Assembly (NCBI GenBank): GCA_047495785.1
Contig: JBLDXI010000019.1
Coordinates: forward strand, 3,348,001-3,412,000
Length of the DNA: 64,000 nucleotides
Source: Lepidodermella squamata
Taxonomy: Eukaryota > Animalia > Gastrotricha
Reading direction: 5' to 3'
The first letter of the stretch is position 1, and each line of letters opens with the position of its first letter. The position numbers and the translations under genes were made by a program. This document shows positions 63,158 through 64,000 of this stretch, in pieces. The notes beneath the pieces are model-generated. The model was not told the DNA's origin. It ran no database searches and was given only the letters and a program-made list of their open reading frames with translations.

Positions 63158-64000
63158 TCAAAAAACTCGAATATCTGAGAATATAACTGCTACTTGGCCT
63201 ATTTTCTCCACGCTTATGTATCGACCCGACATTTGCGGCGTGCAGTAAAGCTCGAAATTTTGACCCGAGATCAAGTTCGGGGCTCGGTAGCCATCGTGAA
63301 TGTCACAAATCGGATTCTGAGAGAATAGATCCGAATCACCAACACGTGCAACAAGTCTGAACCCAACAGGACTCGCATAGTTTATCCAGCCATTATTCCC
63401 TGAGAGAACTAGCACGATTTTCGAGATGCTAGGCATTGTTTGACCCATATCAACTTGGAAATACGATCCTGACGTAGCGGGCTGAGGGCCTTTCGGTTCA
63501 GTAATTGAACCATCTGTTAATCCAGTGTTAACCGTTTGATTAAAATGTGACGAATTAACTGTTTTCCAAGCAGCATAGTTGGTTGAAGCATCATAGTTGA
63601 CACTGACGTAGCACAGGAGGAGGTCCACGGAGGACCCTGAAACAACGACGTATCTTCCGGATTTCTTAGACTCGGATGACTGTAAGATTCGCGATCGAAA
63701 GGGAGCAGCTTCAACATCAGGTGAAAATCTAGGCAGAGCCAATACTTCAGTTGTCGAGCCAGGCGGAGTATCAGTCACTCGAACAGATAGCCCTTTAGCA
63801 GCGAAGCCGATGTCGTCCACATAACTACAGCCTTTGAAGCTGAATCTACCAACAGGCTGTATATTGGACTCATCGGCATACAGCCGAACTGCCACTGCAA
63901 CAAGAGCTGGGTTCAAATAGCTTTCGACCGACTGGGCATCAGACCCAGTAGGGCCTTCGAATATCCTGAGGGTCGATCCGTTTCGCCAGACATAGCCAAC
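63158..64000 (-). CDS. Lectin-like gene copy E, last exon (continues beyond window)
   Basis: Open frame closely matching the last exons of copies A and D (F5/8C end + F-type lectin). Confidence 0.8.
   Translation of the reverse strand, partial: VGYVWRNGSTLRIFEGPTGSDAQSVESYLNPALVAVAVRLYADESNIQPVGRFSFKGCSYVDDIGFAAKGLSVRVTDTPPGSTTEVLALPRFSPDVEAAPFRSRILQSSESKKSGRYVVVSGSSVDLLLCYVSVNYDASTNYAAWKTVNSSHFNQTVNTGLTDGSITEPKGPQPATSGSYFQVDMGQTMPSISKIVLVLSGNNGWINYASPVGFRLVARVGDSDLFSQNPICDIHDGYRAPNLISGQNFELYCTPQMSGRYISVEKIGQVAVIFSDIRVF

Overview
Eukaryotic (animal) genomic DNA with dense genes and mostly ~50-60 nt GT-AG introns, so many ORFs in the track are exon fragments. All homology calls below are by eye from remembered family motifs; no searches were run. 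0-23 kb: an NHL-repeat gene; six divergent copies of an unnamed ~130-180 aa helical protein resembling a free atlastin/GBP three-helix bundle; three GFRP (GCHFR)-like genes interleaved with them; a divergent nuclear receptor; and an intronless dynamin-like ORF with all visible GTPase motifs degenerate. 23-37 kb: a small secreted Cx5C peptide precursor whose first exon is duplicated in inverted orientation next to a LINE stub; a GABA-B-like 7TM fragment; and an 8-exon NEK-like pseudokinase-SAM-ankyrin gene (924 aa as I splice it) with an intronless IPT-AMOP gene nested antisense in its 3 kb intron. 38-64 kb: a tandem array of large secreted PAN/F5-8C/LamG/F-type-lectin proteins (2 intact, 1 partial, 2 decayed), in which one F-type lectin domain appears split by a five-domain insertion; plus a SEA-domain gene, two 2-TM paralogs, MITEs and RTE-like LINE fragments.
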